From NCBI GenBank assembly GCA_951406725.2, contig OX597839.1, forward strand, positions 31,620,001-31,684,000: DNA of 64,000 nt. Direction: 5' to 3'. Position numbers and translations under genes: made by a program. The DNA is from Octopus vulgaris. Lineage: Eukaryota. Numbering within the stretch: position 1 is the first letter of the stretch; the number at the start of each line of letters is the position of its first letter. This document shows positions 23,896-36,309 of this stretch, in pieces. The notes below the pieces were generated by a model, which saw only the letters and a program-made list of their open reading frames with translations, did no database searches and was not told the origin of the DNA.

Positions 23896-25031
23896 ATTAT
23901 CAGTATGTCACTTTGGTGTGAAGACCCCTTGCAATTTTATTGAAATGTTGGGCAAAAAGCAATGAATATGTGACTGGAGAGAGAGGTAGTCCCTAAGGGA
24001 TAGGTTTGTCTATAAAAACGAGTGAAGCAGAAGTGTTTATAATGAGTTTATTGTGTAGGAGAAACTACATCAGTGGCTCAAGGACTGGGAATTATGGGTG
24101 AACACATGAGTTTGGTTAAGTGCATTCACACAAAACTCTCAGCTCACGGGTCACCAATGTAGTTTCTTCAGCTTTAATAAGACAAGTGATACGAATGTTC
24201 AAAGCAACAGGAAGTAGTTTCCCTAAATGGCCATAAATTCTTTGTCAATTATTTAGGTTTCAAATTGCAGAAAGGAAGTTAAAACAATTTTAGTAAGTGA
24301 CAATTCGACAAGTGAGTATTCTCATTATATGTGAGAGAGAGAGAGAGAAAGAGAGACAAACAGACAGAATTGGAGAGTGGTAAGTTCCAAGATTTTCTTT
24401 CCATTGCAGGGAAGGAAGCAACTGAACAAAACACAACCAATGATGATATCAAGAAAAGCTGTAATTAAGTATTTAAAATTTCAGACATGTCTCTGAAAGT
24501 GGGTTTGGGGGGGTGGGGGTAGTGGGGGGCGGGGGTGGGGGTGATTTCGTCGATGTTTTTGTTGTTGGGAGACTGTTCTTTCATGAGTAGTTCCATAGAA
24601 ATCTTGTTGTACTTCGTACGTTAATAAGAGCTAGCTGCCGCCCCTACCAGTGCTATTACCACCATCACCATCACCATCACCATCACCATCATCACCACCA
24701 GATGCACAATTCAGCATTATTACCGTCTTTTCATGTACGAGGTAGACAGGAAACAATTTAGCATCTTACAAAATCAAAATATCTATTCTATTGAACAATC
24801 AAAACCTGGTCTCTCACAAGTCTACTGATATAGATGTGTGCATGCGTGTGTGCATGTGTGCGTGTGTGTGTGCATGTGTGTGTGTGCATACGTGTGTGTA
24901 ATTACATCTTAAAAGCCATCAGGAATGCACTTCCAGGCAAGAAATCCATAAGACTGCACAATAAACTAGGTTGAGTGCTATGAAACTTCATATAATATAG
25001 AAATTAACTGACAAGAAAATTTCTTCAAGTT

Positions 25032-25290
25032 CATCATCATCATCATCATCATCATCGTTTAACGTCCGCTTTCCATGCTGGCATGGGTTGGCCGGTTCAA
25101 CTGGGGTCTGGGAAGCCAGGAGGCTGCACCAGGCTCCAGTCTGATCTGGCAGTGTTTCTACAGCTGGATACCCTTCCTAATGCCAACCACTCCGTGAGTG
25201 TAGTGGGTGCTTTTTACGTGCCACCGGCACAGGGGCCAGAGGGGGCTGGCAACGGCCATGATCGGTTAGTACTTTTTAGATGCCAGCATG
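25032..25290 (-). mobile_element. Family B
   Basis: (CAT)n followed by the reverse complement of the B body. Confidence 0.9.
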
Positions 25291-25532
25291 GAAGGTATAT
25301 ATATATTAAAATATATATCACACAGGGACATTTTATTTTTTGACATGTTTCAGACACTGGACCACGGTCATGCTACAGCATTACCTTGTAAGGTTTAGCC
25401 AATTAAATCAACCCCAGAATTTATTAAGTCAGCTTCTTATAGCTGCATTTCAACCCTTAAAGTAGGGGACATAAACATGTGTGCACACATACACGCATAA
25501 ATATATTTATATATGTGTGTGTGTGTGAGAGA

Positions 25533-25700
25533 TACAGGCATGGCTCTATGGTTGAAAAACTTCCTTCCCAACCATGTGATCTTTGGGTTCAGTCCCACTG
25601 TGTGGTATTTTGAACAAATGTCTTCTACTACAACCCTAGGCCAACCAATGCCATATGAGTGGATTTGACTGATGAAAACAATTGAAAGAAGCCTGTCACC
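25533..25700 (+). mobile_element. SINE family A, 5' half
   Basis: GGGTTCAGTCCCACTGTGTGG...GAGTGGATTTG...GAAAGAAGCCTGTC. Confidence 0.8.
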
Positions 25701-25989
25701 TGTATATTCTATCTGACCAACATAAGCATGGAAAAGTGGTCATTAAATGATGAATGAGATATATACATCCTTATGCTAACAACATGAACAAGCTTATTGA
25801 TAATGGTATGAAATTGTGATGACTTTTGGTCAATAACTGATGAGGGATGAGCACATCCAAGTCTTGTGTGTGATTTTTCCCTGCGTTTCTTTGTTGGGCT
25901 TCTGTGCAATTTTTCAGTCATATATATACATATACATGTGTATACGCACACACACACACACACATGCACACAAACACACACACATACAC

Positions 25990-26125
25990 ATGCATGACAG
26001 GCTTTAGTACAGTTTCAATTTACTATGGGTCACTCACAAAGACATTTGCCTCAAGTACCATGCACTGAGACTGAACCTGAAGACCCATGATTGTAAACCG
26101 AGCTGCTTAACCACAAAGCCACATT
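25990..26125 (-). mobile_element. SINE family A, diverged 5' half
   Basis: GACAGGCTT...GACTGAACC...CTTAACCACA. Confidence 0.65.
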
Positions 26126-26543
26126 TGTGTCTAGCCTTAAAATATTAAGAAATTGTTATTTGATAAAATGTTTGTTTTAATCACCAATAATAAGCAATAA
26201 GAATCCATTGTCTTGTACAGGCAGTTCTGTATTTAAAATTAATGAAATGGTCTGTTTTCATCCACCAAGACATTGATATTACTTCGGTTTGGGAATCTTA
26301 GATGGAAATAGATTACCATTATGTGAGAGAAAAAGAACAAAAAAATAGTTCATTATATTGATGATAATAAAGAGATTTTTAAGGCTAATTTTATATTCTG
26401 TGAGAAGACTTCATAAAGTTTAAATTTACATAAGTTGCATTGAAGGAAATTATGCCAGAATGAATTTTTACTGTTATTCAATAGAATTAAAATTTCTTTC
26501 AATATTAAGTTGAAAATAAATAAGAAATGTGAAAAACAGCAGG

Positions 26544-26588
<45 letters not shown>

Positions 26589-27032
26589 GAGGGAGACTAG
26601 TTTCATAGTTTGTGATATATGGATGTTATTTTCTTTGTGTCTTTCCATAATACTTCAATTAAGTGCCAAGCACAAGTGACCCAGGCCATTTCTAACTCAA
26701 TAGCACCAGCTGATGAACATTTATAATACTAAATAACTTGAGATTTTGTTTTTTTTTCAATAAAATATCAATGGTTACAACAGAGGGGGAAATGCATTTT
26801 CTACATCTGGACTTTCTAATTAAATCTTAGACACAAATGAAATTTCATGTCGGACTTCAATTTGTTGAATATTGTCTGATAAAGTTTTTTTTACAAAACA
26901 CTAAGACAGTAATAAATAGATAAAATGTTGTTGTTATTATTATTGTTGAGTGGGAGCATACTATTATTATTGAGTGCATGCCATCAAAGTGCCACTGGGG
27001 CACAAATATACAAAGCTCAATATGCCAATTTA

Positions 27033-27366
27033 TGCTCTTTACATTCTGAGTTCAAATCTTGCCAAAATCAACTTTACCTTTCATCCTTTCAGAGCTGATG
27101 TAGTAAATTATCAGTCAAGTACTGGGACCAATTTAATTAACAAACCCACTCCCATCAAAATTGCTGGCCTTGTACCAAAATTAGAAAGAATTATTATTAT
27201 CATTATTATTATTATTGAAGGTGGTGAGCTGGAAGAAATTGTTAGCAGTATTACACCCATTGCTACGTTCTGAGTTCAAATTCCACCAAAGTCAACTTTC
27301 CCTTTCATCCTTTCGGGGTCGATAAAATAAGTACCAGTTGAACACTGGGGTCGATGTAATCAACTC
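27033..27366 (+). mobile_element. Two tandem SINE family C copies (27033-27195, 27217-27366)
   Basis: Two GAGTTCAAAT...CCTTTCATCCTTTC blocks separated by (TTA)n. Confidence 0.8.
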
Positions 27367-27441
27367 ATATATATATATGTGTGTACCGTTGGCGATTTTT
27401 TTCCCTCTGTCTTCCCTTCTCTGGATCTTTCCTTCTCCTAT

Positions 27442-27476
27442 GTTTCCGACGAAGAGCTCCACTCAAAACGTTAAAC
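27442..27476 (+). ncRNA. Degenerate minimal type-I hammerhead ribozyme-like motif
   Basis: GTTT/AAAC stem I, CCGACGA core, GAGC-TCC-ACTC stem II, AAAA in place of GAAA, AACGTT palindromic stem III. Confidence 0.55.
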
Positions 27477-27565
27477 CCTCCATCTTTCCTGAGCGTCCAA
27501 TAATATTATATTTGTTCCACGTCCTCGCGTTGTTGTGTTTTTTTTTGTGCTTTCTTGTTTGGATT

Positions 27566-27669
27566 CTCTCTCTCTCTCTTCTCCCGTCTGTCTTGATAGG
27601 CAATGGGTCGCGCCAAGGGTGGGGCCTAGTTTGATGACGAGCAGCGTCTGCTGTGACTGAACAGTCCAA
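27566..27669 (-). mobile_element. 5'-truncated retroposon with (GA)n tail and 11-bp TSD
   Basis: TTGTTTGGATT at 27555-27565 and 27670-27680; (CT)n at the left end. Confidence 0.8.
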
Positions 27670-27681
27670 TTGTTTGGATTA

Positions 27682-27724
<43 letters not shown>

Positions 27725-27735
27725 ATGTATATATC

Positions 27736-27955
27736 ACCATTATCATCATCATTTAGCATCTGCTTTCCATGCTGGCATGGCTTGGATGGTTTGACCAAGG
27801 AATGGCAAGGCAGGAGGCTGCACCAGGCTCCACTCTGTTCTGGCAAGGTTTCTACAGTTGGATGTCCTTCCTAATGTCAACCACTCCAAGAGTGTAGTGG
27901 GTGCTTTTTACATGCCATTGACATGGGAGCCAGTCAGGTGGCACTGGCAATGACC
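27736..27955 (-). mobile_element. Family B
   Basis: CATCATCAT...TTTCCATGCTGGCATGG...GTGGGTGCTTTTTAC. Confidence 0.85.
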
Positions 27956-28397
27956 TACACACACACACAGATTTCATTGACCAAATATCCCTCACAAAAC
28001 ACCAGTTAACCCAACAGAAGATACCACTTTCCTAAGGTGCTATGAAGTGAGACTAAACCATTCTTCCAAACCACCCACCCATAATTCTGTAGTCCTAATA
28101 GAATCTATTTCCACCAGTTTCCTTCCTAGTTTCACAGTTTTCCTTCTCCATTCTAACCATTTCCTTTATGGGATCAACACAGTTCAATAAGTTGTTCTCT
28201 ATCGTCTATTTTCAGAGTGATTGGTTTACTTGAAGAGATCAATACATATTGAATATATAACAGGGGAAATAAGATATAAATAAAGATATGGTTTCATTTA
28301 ATTTCAATAATTGAATTAGCAAGCTTTTTATCAAGAACTTTTTAAGAAACACAGAGTTTGAAAATAAGGAAATTGATTAGAGAATTAATTAACTTAC

Positions 28398-28461
28398 CTT
28401 GATTATTTTGTGACTTGTTTGATACAGATGACCCTTCCATCTCTGCTGGGTCAAAGTTCAT
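28398..28461 (-). CDS. Start-codon part of an exon (exon 28398-28484) of an unidentified minus-strand gene; encodes MNFDPAEMEGSSVSNKSQNNQ then a phase-1 intron
   Basis: Minus strand reads tttcttttaatttcag|GTCCATC...AATAATCAAG|gtaagt: textbook acceptor with pyrimidine tract and consensus donor. All three frames are closed from the acceptor; the ATG at 28461 runs open to the donor. Unique sequence. Confidence 0.65.
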
Positions 28462-28700
28462 TTACAAGTGACTACATGATGGACCTGAAATTAAAAGAAA
28501 TTTCCAGAAACTTAATAAAAAATACAAAGTAAGAATTGAAATATATTTACAAATGGTTTACATGTGTGTGTGTGTGAGCGTGTGTGTATGTGTGTGTGTG
28601 TGTGTGCGTGCACATGCGTGCGTGTGTGCACATGCATATGCACATGCATGTATATGTGTACACACATGCATGTGCATATGTGCATGCATATATATGTGTG

Positions 28701-28737
<37 letters not shown>

Positions 28738-29012
28738 TATACCTACATAAATTCGCAAATAAATTAAGAATTTAATCCAAGATCAAAGATCTTTAAAGGC
28801 AACAGTAAAGAAAACATTTATGAGAAGCCAACATATGTGCTTATAAAACATTATCCCACTGCATGTGTGTGTGTGTGTATATATATACATACTGTGTGTG
28901 TGTGTGTGTGTGTATGTACATTTGTGTGTGTGCACGCATGCTTTATATCCTCAATAAACTAAAGCTATTTACAAACAGTAGAGTCCAAAAATTAAAACAT
29001 TCTCTATCAATG

Positions 29013-29044
<32 letters not shown>

Positions 29045-29743
29045 AATATATATACACATATATATATATATATATATACATACACACATATAATCATCAT
29101 CAAACATATATATCATCAGCATCGTATGTATGTATATCCTCATTTTGCATCTGCTTCCAATGCTGTATGGTATTTGGGTTGGGTAATATATGTGTGTGCA
29201 TCTGAGTGTGTATACACACTCTTCATACAGAGATATATATTTGAACAATAACAATAATAAGAGTAAGAAACAGAAAATGAAGTATTAACGATGTGTGTAT
29301 GTATATGTATATATATACACACACACACACACATATATATATTGTCTTAAGAAAAACATTCAGCAGTAAATCAACAGTTCTTCAATTTTAGAACATTTTC
29401 AGCCAATTCACAACCATTTAATGGGCAGAGAGGAAAAAAACCGTTTTAAATAAATAAAATGTAAATATCTTTCGTAGAAGATTTTTCAAACATGTTAACC
29501 ATTTCCTAAAATGTTAATCAACTTTTAAAACAGAGTTGTTTGGGTTTTCCACACGATTAACTTCAAAGTTTGGATTTATTTTTTTGAAAACAAACACAAG
29601 AGATTAGGTTAATAGTGTGGAGAAAAACCACTAAACTACTTCACTTATAGTCACTAGAGTGTCGGAGCGGAGTGAGTGATGACTTATGCTAGCATCAGTC
29701 AATTAGTCAATCATATATCTCTGATAAAATGCTCAACTATGAT

Positions 29744-29975
29744 AGGTGCAGGCAAGGCTGTGTGGTAAGAAGCTTGCTTCTGAACCACATGGTTCTAGGT
29801 TCAGTCCCGTTGTGTAGCACCTTGGGCAAGTGTCTTCTACTACAGCCTGGGACCAATCAAAGCCTTGTGAATGGATTTGATAGATGGAAAAAGAAAGAAG
29901 CCCGTTTTATGTGTGTGTATCTTTGTGTCTGTGCTTATCCACTCCCACCACAATCACCACTGCTTGACAGTCTGT
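29744..29975 (+). mobile_element. SINE family A
   Basis: Head and core motifs as at 22830. Confidence 0.85.
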
Positions 29976-30136
29976 GTTGTACTGAGAGCTCCTATGTTGA
30001 AATATAAATTTGTAAACCCTGACAACCCAAAGGAGGTGATATTCTTCTTTTAGTTGTTGTTTTGTCTTAGTGGATCAAAGGTAAATTCCCTTCTTCTATC
30101 CCCTTGCTTATAATATGTTAAAAGATTCCAGTTTTT

Positions 30137-30342
30137 TAGGTGACAAGCTGTCAGAACTGTTAGGAGACCAGGCAAAACGCTTGCATTTCGTCCATCGTTA
30201 CATTCTGAGTTTAAAATCACCTTTGCCTTTCATCCTTTCAGGGTTGATAACATAAATACCAGTTGAATACAGGGGTTGATGTAATCAACTTAGCCCCCTC
30301 CCCCAAAATTGCTGGCCTTGGGCCAAAATTTGAAACTAATAT
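30137..30342 (+). mobile_element. SINE family C
   Basis: GCCTTTCATCCTTTCAGGG...GCTGGCCTTGGGCCAAAATTTGAAAC. Confidence 0.85.
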
Positions 30343-31789
30343 ATCACATTTTAACATTATTGTTTTGAAAGATACCAGTTTTATAACAAGGTAGACTTGT
30401 ATTATACCTTTCACAACCTGTAAAGCATCCTGTTGACTTTTTTAACAAGAAGTGATTCAGATACAAATTTCTGAATGGATTGAGGTTTCTTTTCCATATC
30501 GACTGAGATAATGAGAGGCAGATTTAAGAACTCAGTGGGATGACTAAATCCCGAGGAAATAGAAATGAAGAACCCTTGTGGTTAAGCATCTGAAATATAG
30601 AGTTCTGAGTTTACTATTTAAATCAACTTTGGTAGATTTTAAAGAACTTGAAACATACGTCAAATAGTTTTTTGAAACTTCTTCAATTTGTGATTACAAC
30701 TGAAAATTCCATCGCAATCAGAATTAACTGTTCTTAGCTAATTAATTAAAAAACACTCATTACATTTTCTAAATACTCTTCTTGGTTCTTGAAGAGGATG
30801 CATTGAAAAATATAGCATCAACTTCCTCAATCTAATACAACAAAACCAAATTACATGTGTGTCTGTTTATTAGTTTCAATTTCTCTCTATTTTCTCCTGT
30901 CAGCTCTGTCAAATTTATCCCTGTAATGGCTGACAACAGAAGACTTACTGATTAATACAAATTACACTTCCATACAGGCTGCCAATGATTAATTCCACCG
31001 CTCTTTGCACACAGAGAAGTGCCGCTCTAATGACACCAGTTGTTTGTGGTTGCTATTAAATCAAACACTGACTTGCCAACCAGCAATAATTGAATATATG
31101 TGACTAGTCTAATGATTGATTCAATTTGATACAGTGGCTGTGTACAAGATACGCACAGCTTCTATCTATGTGCTGACCTTCATTTTGGTTCTACCTTGGG
31201 GGCAGGATTAAGTGTCATACCTATCCCTTAATATCACTTTGATTAATTACAATAGTATCTTAATTACTCCTTTGCTCCATTAATAATATATTTAGTAAAT
31301 GCTCTCATAACACTGCCTACAATTTATGTTCATCTCATCAGCAAATACATAAGCAAACAGACAGACACACAGACACACACCGATATGAACTTCAACTCTT
31401 TATTCTTATATCCATTCATATTACCTCTGTTTGTTATATTCTAAATAAGCCATCTCTCCTGCCTCTGATGGTTATATTCTAAACGTGTCATCTCTAACAT
31501 CCTTCCTCTCTAATATAATTTGTTGGTTTTTATGTCCAACCTCATCACACAGTTTGGCATTTTGATTCCCTCTCACTTCACAAAGAATTTCTCACTTTGA
31601 TTTTCCATATTTTCTCCAATGAGTTGATTCCTGTTCTTGTGTTTTATTATTCAAAATACAATCCTCCTTCAATCTGCTTTACCAAAAACTGAAGTTGGTT
31701 CTGCTTCTATGAATTACCCCACGGGGCAACAGGCTCAATTTTACTTGTCCATCAAACACTTGTATAATTTCTGTATTATTTAAGTCAAT

Positions 31790-32013
31790 AAAAGGTACCC
31801 ATGCTGGGGCCACATAAAAAGCACCTGTGCTGGGGTCACATAAAAAGCACCCAGCACACTCTATAAAGTGGTTGATGTTAGGGAGGGGCATCCAGCTGTA
31901 GAAATCATGCTGAAACAGACAACTGGAGCTTGCTGCAGCTCCCTGGATTTCCAGCTCCTTGTCAAACCATCCAACCCATGCCAGCATGGAAAGCAGATGT
32001 TGAATGATGATGA
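31790..32013 (+). mobile_element. Family B with 26-bp units
   Basis: TGCTGGGGYCACATAAAAAGCACC twice, then the B 3' end. Confidence 0.85.
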
Positions 32014-33284
32014 TATCTTACTATGGATTACTACTGTGTGGTTGGTAATGTTTCCTGGGTAGCCACTCCATGCCATAACACCAAAAAAGAACCAGATTTT
32101 AGAATCAGCTCACTTATATTCCATGTCACATTTTTACAAAACCAATAAAATGGATGTAACAGTCATGCATACAATTTAAATTAACTTTTTTTTGATTTTC
32201 AGAAACAGCCTTTATCATTATCAGATGTAAAGAGTCACGTGTAGTTTGCTATTATAGTCAATGTATCTCAATGTATTCTTCAGATGAACCTGAAGCTGTT
32301 TAGGGGTTGGGGAAGGGGAAGAGACGATGCTTAGTTTCTTCCATAATAGTATTAGAAATTTCTATGTATTGAAACGACTATATTCATTAATCAAAATCTA
32401 TCACTAACTCGATTCCCTAAGATGTTACAGTCTAAGGTGCTGAAAACAAAACAAAAAAAAATAAAAAAGAGAGAGCATATCTGATAGCATTTCGATGTTA
32501 TCTGTAGTTCTGAAAAAAAAAGGGGGTCTGTTTGTGTGGTTTCATTATGTAGGGAAGTAATTATGATACACAGTTTTCAAATTCAGTCTGAACATGTTAA
32601 AATCAATGATCACGAATAGTTACAATAACAGGCAATTAACCCTCGCCCCAAGTATTCTGAAATGGTGCCAAATACAATATTTTATGGAGAAATAATGGTT
32701 CTCCGCTGAGGAAAGACCAGAGTTAACAAAGTGAAAAGAAACTCAATAATTCAAGACGGTCAACAATTGTGGCTGCTCTTTTCAAATGCTTCATATAATT
32801 AGATGTTTAACATAAATATTCTTTTGAAGATAATAGAAGCCGAGGTGTATGGAGCTAATCTGAAAGAAGTAATGTGAAATGTCTTATGCAGATTGAATGG
32901 AGAGCTTCAGTATGTGTGTCAAAGTGCAATATTGATTGGGTGCCCTCCAGCCACAGCTGCCATACTGACAACAACGAAATAATCAAATCACAAAGCTCTA
33001 TAGGAATACGACAGCATCAAATGACTGACTGTGGTTACCTGATGCCTCTTTTTTAAGAGGATTTCGCAATTAGCTGAAGATGATAGCTTTCATATCTTTT
33101 GCAGTGTGAAGTGCTAAATTATTATTCTCAAGTGAAAGTCACTAAATATTTTATCGTCGGACAATGGGGGAAGTGGACACCTAATTGTGAGCAGGTTTGA
33201 AGTCGGTAATAAAAGGAAAACTTGAATTTGATCCTGTGATGTTTTGATGTAGATATTTCAATATGTTCACCTTCCCACATATAC

Positions 33285-33655
33285 ATCTTACATCTTTTAC
33301 TTGTTTCACTCATTAGATTATGGCCAAGCTGGGGCACTGCCTTGAAGAACTTTCAGTCAAATTCATCAACCCCAGTACTCATATTTTCTTCAGCTTACTA
33401 CTTATTCTATCAGTCTCTTTCACTGAACTGCTATGTCATGGGAACATAAATCAACACTGGTTGTCAAGTGGTGGTGGGACATGGACACACGGATACACAC
33501 ACACACACGCACGCACACACGCGCACACACACACAAAATAGGCTTCTCTCAGTTTTCATCTACCAAATCCATTCATGAGGCTTTGGTCAACCCAAGGCCA
33601 TGGTTGAAGATACTTTCTCAAGGTGTCACACAGTGAGACTGAATCTGGGACCAAA
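33285..33655 (-). mobile_element. SINE family A
   Basis: CTTTTACTTGTTTCA...(CA)n...CTACCAAATCCA...GACTGAA. Confidence 0.85.
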
Positions 33656-33714
33656 GTCTGCATCAGTTGTCACATTTTACTGCTTTTCCTGCATCTCCAT
33701 TCCTTCTCTGCATC

Positions 33715-33765
<51 letters not shown>

Positions 33766-34220
33766 TGTGTGTGTGTGTAGGATGCTGAATCTGAGAATAG
33801 TAACATAACAAAGGTATGCAGCAAGTGATGAGATGTTGAGAGCTAAACATGACCCCTCTAACTCATGCAAGCACAAAAATCCAGACACAAAACCGATGAT
33901 GATGCTGGTGATTGCCATCATTTCTGGCCATTTCTCCATTTTGTCTTTACTTTTATTTTCTATTTTTTTTTTAAAAGCAGAAGTTATTTTTGTTTTCTTT
34001 CTTTTTTCCTAAAGTCTAATCACAAAACACAGAGATGTCATAGAAATTAGTGTTTTGTATTATTTTTATAACAGAAAATGCTGATTAGTTACAATGTTTA
34101 ACCAATCTTTTGAAGACAAACATAGGAAGAAAAAAAAAGCAAAAGGTAGAAAAATTTATACTCTTAGTTATAACTTTGGTGATGCAATCAGGAAAATATA
34201 GGACTCAATACATGAGTATA

Positions 34221-35086
34221 CATGGTCTGATCGATACATATCCGGATAGTTGCCATAGTAACAAAGCTAAAGCATGCAGAGTAAAGCCATTTGGCACAGA
34301 TTGACCTGGAACTCTGCTGTTTATGTGTACTAAGTTTTAACATTCTAGCTCAATTCTGCTGTTTACAGCAGTGCTTGGAAGGAAGGTGTGTAGCGTGTGA
34401 TCATCGTACTGATATTAACAGTGCAAGTTGAGCAGAGAACCCACATCAAATTTTGCCAAAAGCTTGGAAATACCTGCTCAGAGGTCTATGCAAAGATTTC
34501 AAAAAGTTTTCATCCTTCTTGACACATTACAAAGAGATCTTGTGCAACTTGAAACCCCGAGTGTCTTCTTGGTCAGCTGAAAGCAGTTTTGGCACAAACT
34601 TGGCAGACATGTGTCTCATACCCAAATCTTCAGAGATAATGGACTGAACTGAACCGTAACTAATCTGCACATCCTCTGATAACTCACAGATGGGGATTCG
34701 ACAATTTCCCCTCACAGCTGCATACACATCTGCCATGTTTTTCTCAGTTCTGCTGGTTGTGGGTCTCCCAGAATGTTCATCAATATCAACATTTTCTTTG
34801 GCCATCTTGGAAACTACTCAACCATTCAGACACTTGTGTGTGGCTCATATACCCCTCTCCATACACCTTCTGCAACCTTGCATAGGCCTCTGAGCAGGTA
34901 TCAACATGACAACTTTCTCTGTCATGGTCCATGCGATTATCACATGCTACACACCTTCCTTCCAAGCACTTCTATTAACAGCAGAAGTGAGCTAGAACGT
35001 TAAAACAGCAGAGTACCAGGTCAATCTCTGCATGCTTTAGCTTCATCACTATGACAACAGTCTGAATACTCATTGATCAGACCTCG
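34221..35086. mobile_element. Mariner-derived fold-back element made of two inverted 5' ends; transposase pseudogene fragments
   Basis: TA-flanked TIRs (CATGGTCTGATC / GATCAGACCTCG). Left arm encodes VEQRTHIKFCQKLG on +. Right arm encodes SGRPTTSRT...LGMRHMSAKFVPKLLS on -, matching the mariner HTH and WVPHEL-like motif; no DDD domain. Confidence 0.9.
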
Positions 35087-35088
35087 TA

Positions 35089-35487
35089 TACTCTTACTCT
35101 CTTTTACTTGTTTCAGTCATTTGACTGCAGCCATGCTGGAGCACTGCCTTTTTAGTCGAGCAAATCGCCCCCAGGACTTATTTTTTGTAAGCCTAGTACT
35201 TATTCTATCAGTCTCTTTTGCCGAACTGCTAAGTTACGGGAACATAAGCACACCAGCATCGGTTGTCAAGTGATGTTGGGAGAACAAACACAGACACATA
35301 CACACACACATATACATGTATACGACGGGCTTCTTTCAGTTTCTGTCTACCAAATCCACTCACAAGGCTTTGGTCGGCTCAAGGCTATAGTAGAAGACAC
35401 TTGCCCAAGGTGCCATGCAGTGGGACTGAACCCGGAACCATGTGGTTTGTAAGCAAGCAACATACCACACAGCCACTCCTGCACCTG
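35089..35487 (-). mobile_element. SINE family A, full length
   Basis: Reverse complement of 22830-23224. Confidence 0.95.
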
Positions 35488-35747
35488 TATATATATATAT
35501 ATTTGTATTAATATTTGTCCAACCCATGCCAACATGGAAAACACGTTAAATGATAATGATGATGGTGATTATGATTTAGAAAAAACAGTTTCAGTGATTT
35601 CAAGCTGGATCCAGGTTGAATAAAAATAAAATATTCTACCGAATCAACAGAGTCCTCACTTCAGATTTGAGATTTTAATATTACTTCAGAAGTGAAATAC
35701 ATGAAATATAAAATGAGAATATGGACTCACTTCACCTTTGTGCACGT

Positions 35748-35865
<118 letters not shown>

Positions 35866-36309
35866 CACATTGAACACAATCAGATAGGAAATACATTGCC
35901 TGACATCTCTTATCAAATATTTTCTGTGTTAGTGAAAATGCCATGAACTGTTGAAGTAGAGAAGCTGTCTGTGTTATTAGCAGTTGTTTCCTTTAAGATA
36001 AAATTACCGTTGCAACAGTGATGGAAATAATGATATTGTAGTGACAGAGCCATTAAATAAAAAGGAACCTCTCTTTTTTCTTTTAACCACATCTGTCTTG
36101 ATTCCCAAATATTTTTTATCGTGATTTATTAGAGGTTAAGGATGACTTGAACCCTCAACTTCTGAGAGGCTTGTAATGGTAATGTCATCAGAAACTCAAC
36201 ACCAGTATCATCCATCTGACATGGTTGTGTACCAGAGCTGAAGTCCCTGCTATTCCACTGCCGCTCCATTCCCTAGATCTGTCTTGCAATGAATACAGCT
36301 AAAACAAAG

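Larger units (their letters stand above)
27379..27685 (+). mobile_element. (TA)n-embedded element with a hammerhead-like core and a nested insertion
   Basis: TA arrays at 27367-27378 and 27686-27716; shares CGTTRGC and TTCCTGAGYGT...TAATA with 20980-21160. Confidence 0.6.

Noticed and set aside
25800-25870. CTGATGA followed by a GGATG/CATCC hairpin
   Set aside because: No GAAA after the stem and no stem I or III; at best a decayed relic.
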